This document shows positions 40,430-54,254 of a stretch of DNA of 64,000 bases, in pieces. This DNA comes from Octopus sinensis. Taxonomy: Eukaryota. The translations under genes and the position numbers were made by a program. The stretch is from positions 34,534,001 through 34,598,000 of the forward strand of contig NC_042998.1 of NCBI RefSeq assembly GCF_006345805.1, given 5' to 3'. Each line of letters starts with the position of its first letter. Within the stretch, counting starts at the first letter, position 1. A model generated the notes under the pieces. The model searched no databases and was not told where the DNA came from. It saw nothing but the letters and a program-made list of their open reading frames with translations.

Positions 40430-41730
40430 GTGGAGAGGGCCAGTCAATTAGATCAATCCCAGTATATAACCGGTACTTAATTTATCGACCCTGAAAGGAT
40501 GAAAGGCAAAGTCAACCTCAGCCGAATTTGAACTCAGAACATAAAGACAGACGAAATACCTATTTCTTTACTACCCACAAGGGGCTAAACACAGAGAGGA
40601 CGAACAAGGACAGACAACTGGATTAAGTCGATTACTTCAACCACAGTGCGTAACTGGTACTTAATTTATTGACCCCGAAAGGATGAAAGGCAAAGTCAAC
40701 CTCAGCCGAATTTGAACTCAGAACGTAAAGACAGACAAAATACCGCTAAGCATTTCACCTGGTGTGCTAACGTTTCTGCCAGCTTGCCGCCCTATTCACA
40801 CATATATCTAAAACTACATACATACACAATCACGCATACATGCTCTCATGTAGATTTAGATATATATATGTGTGTGAATAAGGCGTTGAGCTGGCAGAAA
40901 CGTTACCATGCTGGGCAAATGCTTAGCAGTATTTCATCTGTGTTTATGTTCTGAGTTCAAATTCCACCAAGGTTGACCTAGCCTTTCATCCTTTCGGTGT
41001 TGATAAATTAAGTACCAGTTGCATACTGGGGTTGATCTAATTGACCGCCCCACTGCCCCCAAATTTCAGGCTTTGTGTCTAAAGTAGAAAAGGATGTTAT
41101 TCTTAAGGCAGCCAGCTGTCAGAAAAGTTAGCACGCCAGAGAAATTGCTTAGCTGTATTTTGTCAGTTTTTACGTTCTGAGTTCAAATTCTACCAAGGTC
41201 AACTTTGCCTTTCATCCTTTCAAGGTTGATAAATTAAGTACCAGTTGCATCCTGCAGTCGATCTAATTGACTGGTCCCTCTCCCCAAAAATTTCAGGCCT
41301 TGTGCCTAGAGTAGAAAAGATTATAGTAAGGCAGTGAGCTGGTAGAAACGTTAGCACACTGGGCAAAATGCTTAGCGGTATTTTGTCTGTTTTTACATTG
41401 TGAGTTCAAATTCCGCCGAGGTCGACTTTGCCTTTCATCCTTTCGGGGTCGATAAATTAAGTACCAGTTACGCACTGGGGTCGATGTAATCGACTTAATA
41501 CCTATGTCTGTCCTTGTTTGTCCGCTCTGTGTTTAGCCCCTTGTGGGTAATAAAGAAATAGGTATTTTGTCTGTTTTTACATTCTGAGTTCAAATTCCAC
41601 TGAGGTCGACTTTGCCTTTCATCTTTTCAGTGTCAATAAATTAAGAACCAGTTGCATACTGGGGTCAATCTAATCAACTGCCCTCCCTCCCCTAAAATTT
41701 CAGGCCTTGTGTCTAAAGTAGAAAAGAATA
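40430..41730. mobile_element. SINE family 2 cluster (minus copies 40430-40790, plus copies 40870-41730)
   Basis: At least six core repeats, including a variant that re-enters its own sequence (taaagaaataggtatttt.tctg). Confidence 0.8.
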
Positions 41731-43683
41731 TTTATGCATAGTTTTTATATGGTATTTCTTTGGGATTTTTTATTTTTAATATATTTCAATTCACTTTTTT
41801 ACTTTTAATGACTTATGCTATAAATGATTTTTACTTTTTACTATTCCTTCCATCTACCTTAATATATAAATCTTCCTTTTTTTTCTGTGTTAAATCATTC
41901 TATTGTGGTGTTCACTTGATGTTTTCAACCAGAGGGATTTAGGCTGAGCCAAAATTATGTTGAACGTGGATCAGTATCTCAGAAGCCACACCCTCTTCTG
42001 TGTTTATCTAGAAGACTATAGAAAAGTCTTGTGATTGGCTGTTCACAAAAAATGCTTAACTGCTCCTACTCAGTGCATAACTTAATGTTGTTATCTTTTT
42101 TTCCTCTTGTAATAATTTGATAATCAATGTAGCATTCAGTTTCATACTTCTTGGTTTGTACCTGATGAAGAGGCAGATTGCATCATAAATTACAAAGTAA
42201 TTACACTCATAATATGAGGTGTCTTTCAGCCTTGGAAACGTTTGTAGCACTTAACTACATTTGTCTGTTCCTTTTTTTTTTTTTCATATCTTGATCGCAC
42301 CCGTGTGTGTGTGTTCTCTTCTGTCTTTGGTTATTTAAATTCTTCCTCTGAGGAAGGAGCTGGTTTCTGACAAAGATTCAAAGCTGCACCATTGAAATGT
42401 TGATACCAAACAACAATATTGCATTTTAAACTTGAGAAAAGTCTTGCATATTTTTACTGTTCCACTTATAGATTTTTTTTTTGTAACATGCAAGTTGGTT
42501 TGTTGATTTCTTTTTCTGAAAATCCTAGCTTATCCAGATTGCCGCTGAGGCATTTAATCACGAAATCAGGTGCACCAATTACTATAAAAGTGATTTTATA
42601 ATCTGGATATAGATGCTGGGGGTTTCCAAAGAGTTTTCCATATGTATGTACGTAGGTATGTACGTATGTATTATATCTGCAGATGTCTATACATGTGTGT
42701 GTGCATTCATATGCATATATATATATTTGTCCCTAAGGTAATATCTCTGACACTACTAGTGTGTGTATATTATGTATGTATGTGTGTGTGTGTGTGTGTG
42801 TGGGGCATGTAAAAAGCACTATTCGAGTGTGGCCGATGTCAGTGCTGCCTGATAAGCACTCGTGCCGGTGGCACATAAATAGCACCATTCAAGCATGGCT
42901 GATGCCAGTATCGCCTGACTGGCTGCCTTGTTGTGGCACATAAAAAGCACCCACTACACTCTCGGAGTGGTTGGTGTTAGGAAGGGCATCCAGCTGTAGA
43001 AACTTTGTTAGATCAGATTGGTGCCTGGTGCAGCCTTCTGGCTCGCAAGTCCTCAGTCAAACCATCCAACCCATGCCAGCATGGAAAGTGGACATTAAGC
43101 GATGACGATGATGATGATGAACCTCCCGTGCAGTCTTCATTCTCTGCTGGTGTGCCAAGTCATATTGTATTATCAGCATTATGCACCATCCAGTACTTGA
43201 CTTCAAATCCAAAATGCCATTCTTGTTTGACATGGATTCAGTTGATGAGTTACTCTTTTACTTGTTTCAGTCATGTGACTTTGGCCATGCTGGAGCACTG
43301 CCTTTAGTCAAGCAAATTGACTGCAGGACTTATTCTTTTTAAGCTTAGTACTTATTCTATCAGTCTCTTTTGCCGAACCGCTAAGTTTCCGTCTATCAAA
43401 TCCACTCACAAAGCTTTGGTTGACCCGAGGCTATAGTAGAAGACACTTGCCCAAGGTGCCATGCAGTGGTACTGAACTCGGAACCAAGTGGTTGGTAAAC
43501 AAGCTACTTACCACACAGCCACTTCCATATTTTCCTTCCAGGTAACTGACAATTTCCAACTGCCTACTCAACAACATTTTGCTCCAAATCTGGCCACTTA
43601 TGAGGATGACCTCACGCAGCAAACTGTTTATTTTGTATTGTCTGAAGTTTATTCCATATCTTTCACCAATTTCTCTCAAATAC

Positions 43684-43760
43684 CAAATTCTTCAATTGCA
43701 ACACAGTTATATGTTTTCTTGACTACTTCAGTAACTTTTAGCTTAAATGTTTCATTTTTG
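43684..43760 (-). CDS. Candidate 77-nt exon of an unidentified minus-strand gene
   Basis: Very strong acceptor (long T run then gttacAG), open frame KNETFKLKVTEVVKKTYNCVAIEEF, donor G|GTATTT just before an in-frame stop. Confidence 0.3.
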
Positions 43761-44130
43761 CTGTAACAAAAAAAAAAAAAGAAAGACAATAAATTTTAAA
43801 GCCAAAACTACCACAAATAGATTTTACAAGTGCTCCATTGTAATTAACATCAGCTGTTAATCAACTAAGATTAGGTGGTAAATTTGACTATTTTGTTAGT
43901 GCAATCCTTCTGATTGTGATAACTGATAGGAATGGTAATACTGGTAACTCTGGTATCAGTGAGTGAAATGTTGCAGCTTTTGTCACCTATAGACAATGCT
44001 TCTGTGCGTGAGTGTGCATCCGTGTATTTGCATAAGTGTGAATGTGTGTGGTGTGCATGCATATGTATCTATTTCTCCCCCCCCTCTCTCTCTATATATA
44101 TATATATTTATATATATATAAAATAGCAGC

Positions 44131-44430
44131 ATAAGCCATTTAAAATACAAAATCCGTTAGATTCCCTTCAACACTTCAACATTTAAATTTAATTTGTCAA
44201 AATATTTTCGTCACTTTGAGACTGCGACCTGTTCACTGACAAAGCAGCATGGAATTTTGTCAGTGAACAGGTGCAGTCTCAAATATTTTGGTAAATTAAA
44301 TTTAAATGTTGAAGTGAATCTAACGGTTTTTGTGTGTTTCTTAAATGGCTTATAAACACCTTCCACACTGCAATTGTGTTCATTCCAGCACACAATCTCA
44401 GATCAGGTCACTTGCTATGCAAGTATATCT
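44131..44430. repeat. Long imperfect palindrome (foldback element)
   Basis: Arms of about 105 bp (aagccattta...ccgttagattc...acttcaacatttaaatttaattt...ttgagactgc.acctgttcactgacaaa and its reverse complement) around a loop of about 12 nt near 44250. Confidence 0.7.
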
Positions 44431-44784
44431 CTATAATATATATATATATATATTTATACATATGTAGGTTCAGAACTTAAAATATGTGTATATGTATATT
44501 TTTTTTAATTAATATTTAACAGAAGCAAAAGAGTTACTCTCAGCATTTGAGTTATTCTGTAGCTTCTGCTAAATATTAATAAAAATTAAGATAAATGAAT
44601 GTATATATATCTACACACACACACACACACACATATCAGGAAGATTAAGCATGTGGAATGTTCCATGTATCTCATGTAAAAGTCAACTCTCGTTTTTCAT
44701 AAATGATAGTGTGTATGCACTCACAGACAAACCACACACACAAATGTGTATATATATATATATACTCAGATATTTATCATCATC

Positions 44785-44854
<70 letters not shown>

Positions 44855-47259
44855 GCATATATGTGTGTGTGTGTGTGTGCGTGTGCATATATGTGTGTGT
44901 GTGTGTGTGTGCATATATATGCAAGTGTGTGTGTGTGTGTTCATCTATACGCACATACGTATGGACATTCCTTTTGGATTAATTAAGAGTTAACATTTTC
45001 ATGGACCGAATACTGAATATTAAACCTTTGCAAACACCAAACTGAGAATGAGAAAGAAAGAAAGCACACAAAAGCCTGATGTGCTTCAAGCCCTCCGACC
45101 ATATCACTTGTTACATCACACTGCACATGCTTTCATTGCCATCTGAAATTAGATTCTGTAAGCTTATATGCTTTAACCAAACTAATACAGTTTCTCTACA
45201 TCTGACTTGCATCACTTGTAATAGACCAGCATCCTCAGCTGTATGCAAGTGACTGTAACATAGGATGCTATTCAGTTTCATGTTGATACTTTTGCAGTTG
45301 CCCAGCAGTTAATGCATGGTTTGAATCCAACAGTTATTTGGTTCGTCTTTCTATAAGTGTTTAAAAAAAAGTATAAGCTTTAATACAGTATGTTCTCTTC
45401 TGCTTTTAATTACTTGAATTCCTCCTCTGAGGAAGGAGCTGGTTTCAAACCCTAACAAAGATTCAAAGCTCCATCGTTGGAATGTTGATAACGAAAACAA
45501 TGTTACTTTCTAAACTTGAGAAACATCTTGCATATATTTACTGTTCCACTTACAGGTTGTATTCATAATGTACAAGTTAGTTCGTTGATTTCTGTTTCTG
45601 AAAACCCTGGCTTACCCAGACTGCCACTTAAGCATTTACTCACAGAGCCAAATGCACCGATTTTATTGGTTTTAACCCTTTCATTACCATATTTCTGTCA
45701 ATTAATTTTAAGTATAACAAAGAATTTAGTAAACTAACTTAGTTACCATTAAGCTAGTGTTAAGAACATAAATTGTGACTAAGGTTTGGGGAACAGTTAT
45801 TCCCCAATCAATATATGCTGATATCATTAAAAAGCTCCTGTTTCTCAGCATGCTGTCATTTGTTGGATGATTTGACAGGGGCTGGCAAGGCTGGAGAGCT
45901 GCACTGGGTTCCATTGTCTGCTTTGGCATGGTTTCTATACCTGGACGCTCTTCCTAACGCCAACCACTTTACAGAGAGTATCAGGTGCTTTATACATGGC
46001 ACCAGCACCAGTAGGGTTGCCAAGTAACTCACAAGACAAATACTTCATAGTTGGGAGAGGGGGGTGGAACCGAGAGAAGTGGCTATGTGCCAGGTGAGAG
46101 GTTAGAGTAAGATAGAAGGAGAGAGTGGCCACTCCAGTAGAACAATGGAAGAGATGACCGAGATATAACATAGCTGCAGTCTAATGACTGAAACCAGTAA
46201 AAGATAAAGATATTTTGTGAAAAATGTTAGAACATTAGTCTTGGACTGTATTCATACCTGAACCTAATTGTTCTAAGTTCAAATGTCACTAGAACCAATC
46301 TTGTCTTTCACCCTTCATAAATAAAAAAAAAAAGAGAGAGAGAAGGCATAAAAATCATCAGTAATATACTAGGTTAGTTCAGTTGCTTTAGACTTGTGGA
46401 AAGAAAAGAATAAGAAGAGTTCAGATATATTCTTCACTTTTACCAAAAATTTAATTTTTGGCTGTTTTTATATAACTCTCATCGTTAACAAGCATTTGCA
46501 TCTGCTTTCGATGTCTTTTATACTGTAAATGTGTTGTTTTACATTTTTTCTTTTTATTTATGATACTTTTATCTTTCCCAGTCTTATTGATTTTTATCAA
46601 TCAGTTGAAGATAATTTGGTGAAACGGTAAAGAAAAAGAAAAACAGTTCTTAGAGACTATGAACAGTTCCTTTTATGTAAAACGACTGAAGTCTATTTAC
46701 AATATTTAATAGGTACTGTATTTATGTAGTAGAATAACTAGCAAGGCAAAAGTTTTAGGCAGAAGATGTGAAGGCTATTCTAACTATCAATTCTAAATTG
46801 TATATTAAGAAGTATAATGTACAATAATAGTCAAAATAAAAAGTAGGGTTTTTTTTTTTTTTTTCAGTTGAAATATTAAATTTGATGGCATGTGAAACAT
46901 GATAAAGGACATTCCAATTGATAAGAACTTTTAAAAAGAGAGAGATAGCCCAAAGATGGCTCGTTTTGGCACAGTAAAAAAACAACAACCCAATAATCAT
47001 GTTTTATTTTTTTCAAATAAATTTCCTCAAAGTTTTTCAAGTCATCTCCTGAAATGAAGGAAAACAGTTTTTTTTTTATCCTGAAATTTTCTGGTTTGGT
47101 TTGTTTTGTTATAGAATTTTGGACCTTTTGTTCAACCATGTTTTTTTTAAAGCAAGCTTTCAAGGATTTCTTAGAAAGAATAAATTAGTAATGACAGTAG
47201 CACTACCGAAATCTTCACCACCACAATAACAGGTCGTGTATATTTTCATCATCATCTCT

Positions 47260-47490
47260 TTCTTTACTACCCACAAGGGGCTAAACACAGAGAGGACAAA
47301 CAATGACAGACAAACAGATTAAGTCGATTATATCGACCCCAGTACGTAACTGGTACTTATTTAATCGACCCCGAAAGGATGAAAGGCAAAGTCGACCTCG
47401 GCGGAATTTGAACTCAGAACGTAACGACAGACGAAATACGGCTACGCATTTCGCCCGGCGTGCTAACGGTTCTGCCAGCTCGCCGCCTTA
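47260..47490 (-). mobile_element. tRNA-derived SINE family 2, young-looking representative (about 20 copies in the window)
   Basis: ggcggcgagctggcagaaccgttagcacgccgggcgaaatgc (A box), ctgagttcaaattcc (B box), and central gcctttcatcctttcggggtcgattaaataagtaccag, resembling a widespread metazoan SINE core domain (not verified). Confidence 0.85.
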
Positions 47491-47899
47491 ATTTTCATCA
47501 TCATCATTTAACATCCTCTTTCCATGCTGGCATGAGTCGGATGGATTGACAGGCGTTGGCAAAGCCAGGAGCCACATCAGCTTCCATTGTCTGTTTTGCC
47601 ATGCTTTCTATAAATGAATGTCCTTCCTATGGAGCACCCTCTCCACTGCTCTTAACATGGCACCATCACCATTGCTTTGCATGTGGCACCAGCACTGCTG
47701 CTTTTTATATTCTTTTGCGTTTTGTTCTTCGTTATCTCTTCTTTTTTTTTATTATTATAAGGTATAAACTGGATATGGCTGCATTTAGAAGCAAAATATA
47801 GTTCCTAATTCATGGGTTCTCCGTAGTTTATGCTAATTTTATTTGACACCCTCTGAAAAACGGTTTTGTTACCATCAACATCATCTTCGTTTACATCAG

Positions 47900-48105
47900 A
47901 GGCAGCAGCAGCAGTAGTAGCAGCAACAACAACAGTAATAGTAGCAGAAGGATATCACTATTATTATTATTATTATTATTATTAGTATTACTGTTATTAT
48001 TATTATTACTGTTATTATTATCATTATCATTATTATCATCATTATCATTATTATCATCATTATCATTATCATCATTATTATTATTATTATCATTATTATT
48101 ATTGC
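47900..48105. repeat. (CAG)/(ATT)/(ATC) compound microsatellite
   Basis: Seen directly in the sequence. Confidence 0.95.
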
Positions 48106-48551
48106 CAGATCGTGTATTTAAATACAAGTTGTTGGTAAAGTAAATACAATAGAGTTATTTTTCCCTCCGGGAATGTTGTACAGTGTGTGTGTGTGTGTGT
48201 GTGTGTGTATGTAGTTTATGCCAGTGTGTGGGATGTGCAAATAGTAACTTGATTTAATGATATTGCTCCATTCCCCCCACCTCACCTTATAAAAAGGATA
48301 TTTCCATGGCTCAGGTTCTACCTAAAAGTACAGTTTCTATTTGTAGTTCTGAAGATGTGGCCAAATGCTTACAATTTTCTGCTTTTTTAACCTTCTCCGT
48401 TACATTTAATGATTGTGTTACTATAGATACTACAGAACTAACTATGCTTTATAGATTTGCTGCCTCTAAGAATTACCATTTTGGTTATTTTTCTGCTTCT
48501 TTTTATGGTATATTTCTTCCTCGTAAATGTAATACAATAATTTGTAGATTA

Positions 48552-49455
48552 CAGGGTGTTCAAAAAGTCTCACCACAGTGAGAATTTTTTTCATCCTGTG
48601 CGTGCGCAACATGGATATTACTGCGTGAGTGGCCGGGTGTCACCACTGTCTTCTCAATCGTTGTGTACCCCGCAGCGTGTCGACATGCTAACCATTGAAG
48701 AACGTACGTTTTGAGTTGAATGGATGTTTCGAGCTGGAAACAAATACTCAGATACTGTGAAACAGAAGTTCAGGGAAACTTTTCCAAATACTGTTGATCC
48801 ACATCGTGACACTGTGAGGGATTTGATATGAAAATATAGAAACACAGGTTCAGTGGAAGACGCAGCAAGAAGCGATAGGCCTACTGTTCTTTCAGACGAA
48901 ATACTCTCCAATATTTCTGATAAACTGTTGGCAAGCCCGTCAAAGTCCTTACACAAATTGTCACAGGAAAGGGAAATCAGCCTAGGAAGCGTTCACATGG
49001 CAGTAAAAAAGAAATTAAATTTCTTTCCATACAAAGTGCTGACCAAGTGCTGAATTGAAGACTACGGATCATGTTAAAAGGCTTCATTATTGTCATTGGT
49101 TCCAAAACTTTGTTGCCGAAAAAGGTATAGAAGTGCTGGGTGGGTGTTTTTTTCACTGATGAGGCTTGGTTTCATCTGTCGGGACACATAAATTCATAAA
49201 ACACAAGGTTATGGACCATTGAGAATCCACATGTTACGCATGAAAAACCTCTGCATCCCGAAAATGTTGCAGTATGGATAACAATTTCAAGAAAGCATAT
49301 TGTGGGACCTGATATTTTTTTTGCTAAGACACCATCAACACCAAGAGACATTGCTCAAATGTTGTCTCTCCATTTCTAGGCCAACTCACTAAAAGTGAAA
49401 TTAATAATGCATACTTTCAGCAAGATGGAGCTACAGTACATACTTCACACATCAT
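48552..49455 (+). mobile_element. Decayed IS630-Tc1-mariner transposon: left TIR and most of the transposase
   Basis: TA|CAGGGTGTTCAAAAAGTCT terminus. The frameshifted ORF gives RNTGSVEDAARSDRP, FFTDEAWFHLSGHINS, ENPH..HEKPLHP and YFQQDGATVHTS. Confidence 0.8.
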
Positions 49456-50657
49456 GCTCAAGTGGTGCTTGTTCAAATTCTGCCAAGGTCAGCCTTGCCT
49501 TTCTTCCTTTTGGGGTCAATAAAATAAGGACCAGCTGAGCATTGGGGTTGTTGTAATTGACTTACCCCCCCCCAAAAAAAATTGCTGGCCTTGTGCCAAA
49601 AATGGAAACCATTATTTACCCTTTCAGTTTGTGGCATCTTTCAGTGTTTTTTTTTGTAATTTTATTTTATTTCTACGGCTTTTTTTATTAATTTATTGTT
49701 GCTTTTTTCTGATAAAATTCTCGTTTTCACCCAGAAATTTTCGGCATGTAGTCGAGAATGTTTTCACAGTTTCTGTTGTCTGTAAACAGATCCTTGTCTT
49801 GACAAGTTTGTGGGTGCTGATGTCATCGAACTGTCCAACCTATGCCAACATAAAAAAAGAATGAACATTAAGTGATGACGATGGTGCCAATCATGATCGT
49901 TATCGGTAAAACATTCCAATACTAGTTATTTCAAACATTGGCTTCCATGCCAGTGGCACATAAAAAGCACCAACCATTCGTGGCCATTGCCAGCCTACCC
50001 TGGCACCTGTGCCAGAGTAGGCCGGTGGCAAATATAAAGCACCATCCATATGTGGCCGATGCCAGTGCCGCCTTGACTGGCTTCTGTGTCAGTGTCACGT
50101 AAAAACCATCAACCGATCGTGGCCATTGCCAGCCTCCCCTGGCACCTGTGCAGGTGGCACTTAAAAAGCACCTACTACACTCACGGAGTGGTTGGTGTTA
50201 GGAAGGGCATCCAGCTGTAGAAACACTGCCAGATCAGACTGGAGCCTGGTGCAGCCTCCTGGCTTCCCAGACCCCGGTCGAACCATCCAACCCATGCTAG
50301 CATGGAAAATGGATGTTAAACAATGATGATGATATCTTCTATTCACACAAGGCCCTCATCTTCCATATTTGTGTTTGTAAGCAGAAAGTAAACACCTGTT
50401 CCTCCATAATGGCTCTCAGTTTCATAATAGTCCATATCTAGTTTGCGTATTTTTTTATTCGTTTCAGTCATTTGACTGCGGCCATGCTGGAGCACCACCT
50501 TTAGTCAAACAAATCGATTTATTCTTTGTTAGCTTAGTACTTATTCTGTTGGTTTCTTTTGCCAAACTACTAAGTTACAGGGACATAAACACACCAACAT
50601 CAGTTATCAAGCAATGGTCGGGGGACAGACACATACATATGTGTGTGTATATATATA

Positions 50658-50697
<40 letters not shown>

Positions 50698-52501
50698 GGA
50701 GTAAACACATAAATGTGAAACAAGGTGGAAAAAAGAGTACTCAAATACCAGTGGTAGAGTAATATGCTTTATTTAAAGCAGCAGAAAATTCAACAAAACC
50801 TGTTACTCTGAGTTTCACGTTGCCCCTCATCGGACAGTTTTTCTAGCAAAAACTGTCCGATGAGCAGCAGTCCTAGCATTGATCATGATTGGATGGTGTT
50901 TTTTACACGCCACCCACATGGGGGCCAGTCAGGCAATCCTGGCATCGATCTATATTTAACAAATTTCCTTCTCTTTCTAAATTATTTTTTATGTACGTGT
51001 TCCACTTTCAATTCTGCAACACATTATTACATTGATTCGACGTTCTATTTTCCACATACCTTATCTAATTGACTTTGTAAAGCACAAAATATACAAACAT
51101 TTTCCATAACATTTCTGCAACATAAATTATTTAATTGAGTCACTGACATACATTTTCACATGTCTGTCTCTACATTCTTTCTTACTTTAACCTACATTTA
51201 TAAAACCACATGTAGTGTTCTTAGTTCAGCATTATTTTATCTTTGAGATTCATCAAGATCTATATTTAGGAAATAAGAAGAAAACTGATAAACAATCAAT
51301 TTTTGCTGTTGTAGCCACAAACAATCTTTGAATTAGCTAAACAGAAGTTCAGTGTCTTAAATTATGTTTACCTCAGTCATCCTATTAGAGTTAGGAGTTT
51401 ATAGGTTTGCTTGGGGGTCACACATGATAGATTTATAGATCTGGGAGCTTCAGCTGTTTCTCCCTTTTTTTATTCAACAGCTCTGTGTGTCCCTTTTTAT
51501 CTCCAATGTTTCTTTTTCTTGGATTTTCTATTAATAAACCGAAATCTTTGTATTGACATTCCCACAAAAATATTTCTATTAACATTCATGCATTACATAT
51601 CGTTGTTTGAACCAGATGCATCAAGCCATATCATTCCCGAATGTTTTCCATTTTCTTTCTCCTCACATTCTCTCTACCATCATTTTTTGCGGCCTCCCTT
51701 TCTTGCAGTTTTATCCATGAGCTATCCCAATCCATTTTAAATGTTCTCTTTTTCTGCATGGGTGTTTCCCAAAATGCCTTCATTTCTCACTTTTTGATGA
51801 CTTATACGTATTTTTTTTTTTGTGATATATGTCTCCAGAGACTTATTCCTTGTTATTGAGAGTAGTTTGTTTTGCCCAAATTACCGTATTCCTCACATCT
51901 TTCTGTTGCTTGTATTTGTTGTTTTAACCACTCTTTGATTCCAACTATATTGGATTGGAGACTCTCTGTGGCTTTCTTTGAATATTCCTTCTTTCCGTTT
52001 TGTTTCCCATTCGTTGATAGAACACTGTTTGTTGTGAACTTCAATCAAAATTCAAAAGCTCTTTTCTTTTTACTTATTGCATTTTCTGTCTTCCATTTCT
52101 ACTCTAGACTTCCATTTTCTTTGAATATAAAAAAATATTTTTATATTCATGTATGTTTATTTATAATAGTGGCAAACACTCACACACATTTGCCTAAACC
52201 TTGTATGATTTATTCAGCAGCCAGGCAGACTGCACTTATTTCTTTGTTTTTATCAGTGAAGAGTAATTTTGATATCAATTTCTTCATTTTGAATTATTTT
52301 TTATTTTCCAAATTTGATTTTTATCTTACTTGATAAACACACTCACACACAAATGTGTATATGTGTGTTTATGTTCATCTTAGATCCTGGTAGGGGATAA
52401 AGGTATGAACAAATCATTAAAGATTTCTTTGTTTTCTTATTATTTGAATTATGTATATGTCTGTCTGTCTATCTATCTATCTCCCTCTATCAATCTATCT
52501 A

Positions 52502-52534
<33 letters not shown>

Positions 52535-54254
52535 CTGAGGGTGTGTGTATGTAAACTGGCAGAACTTCTGAAGTTCACAACTGATTTTCTCCACACTTGG
52601 AACATGTATTACTTTTGTTCCAGAAATGGTTTTACACTCTTAAAATTTTTCATATGAGTAATGGGGCCCCTGTGGGACAGAAAACCCCCTTTCCTGGTGT
52701 ATGTATGACTCCTGCATGGTCCACACATTGCTTCTGTTCAAACTGGAAAATAACAGCTTCTGAAATGATAAAAGTAAGTTGTATTAAATGGATGAACCGA
52801 TGTAGACTTCAGACAGTATTGTCGAAGTGGTAGCAATAATACCTTGTTCCCATAGTACCACAGGTAGCAATTTGTTGGAATAAAAACATTCATCTGTAAA
52901 AACCTTGCCTAAACTGACTTCGCTTGTGTTTGTGCCACATAAAAAGCACCAAGTCCACTCTGTTGAGTGATTGGTATTAGGGAGGGCATCCAGCTGTAAA
53001 AACCCTCCCAAAACAGTCACAGAAGTCTGGTGCAGGCTTCTGCCTGGCCAGCTCTTGTGAAACTGTCCCACCCATGCTAGCATGGAGAGCAGATGTTAAA
53101 CAATGATGTTGATGATGATATAGTTAAATAAGATTGGGGTAGAAACCTTGTAGAATGCTAAGCAAAGTTCATCCACAGCTATTGGCTATCTGATGTCATC
53201 ATGCAGTTGAACTGCTCCTGCTACAGGATATACATCAAGAATTCCATAGTAACCATAGAGTTTAGATAAGCAGATAAATAATAGAAAATGGAATGAAGTC
53301 ATGTGATTATTATCATGTGTCCAAAGTATTGTGAAAGACATAAGGTAATTTAGTTCCTTCCCAGAAATAAACACTTGGTAAGTACTAAAATGGTCAGCCT
53401 TCATCACTTTATTATCTCTAAATGGTTAATTTTATTCTTCATTTTGTTTTGTACTTTCTTACTTATAATCTGACCATGAAGATAGAATTGTAATTTAAAG
53501 TCAACCTGGCCCCCTTTGCATGTCTGTTTCTTTGTTTCTGTATTTTGAATTTCAATTATAAATGTATTTTACTTGGGTTTAGTTTGTCTGTAAACTGCTG
53601 AAAACGTGACACTGCTTTGAGTATGCATTCTCACACTGAATAAAATAATGTTAGGATCTAATAAAGGACATATTTAAACAATCACCTGAGGAGGGGTATT
53701 TTGTACTTTGGATGCAAGATAATGATTACACAACATCTCACCAATGTACTACACGTATAACAATGTGTCGAAACAATTGTAGTGATTGAATACAGAATAC
53801 CATTCACTCCATTTTGTATCATATATCTATTTATATATCTGTGTGTGTGTATGTGCATGCACATACATACACCCATACACACATATATATAATTGTGATG
53901 TTCTGGAAATGTACTGAACTTAGTTGATGCATTTATTACTTTCTTAGGCTTAGATTTATCTTTTTGTTTTCTTCTGTTCTTTTCAGTTTCTTTATTGTGT
54001 TCTGTTTGTTTTCTTTTTTTATTTTGTTGGTGTTTTCTTTTAGCATGACATTTTGCTGGATTGCTACCATTAATGTCACTTTTTTTTCCTCTCTCATTTG
54101 CCTTCTTTATCCATAAGCAATTCTGTTTCTCAAAGTACTTTTTCTAATTATAACTTAGCCAATGCGTGTTCATTGTTCAGCATCTATATTTAATCATTTG
54201 CTTGTGTTTCCTCTCTCACCATATTCTATAAGTCAGTCTGCCGATGGCTAGGAT

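Noticed and set aside
42330-45500. ctgaggaaggagct...agctcc repeat at about 42339 and 45427 as hammerheads
   Set aside because: GAAA/NUH and stem I cannot be placed in either copy; treated as an unclassified dispersed repeat.
46582-46626. Plus-strand 45-nt exon-like segment (LIDFYQSVEDNLVKR) with good splice sites
   Set aside because: Phase 2-2 cannot follow the phase-0 NCS exon and has no NCS similarity; may be a cryptic exon, unsupported.
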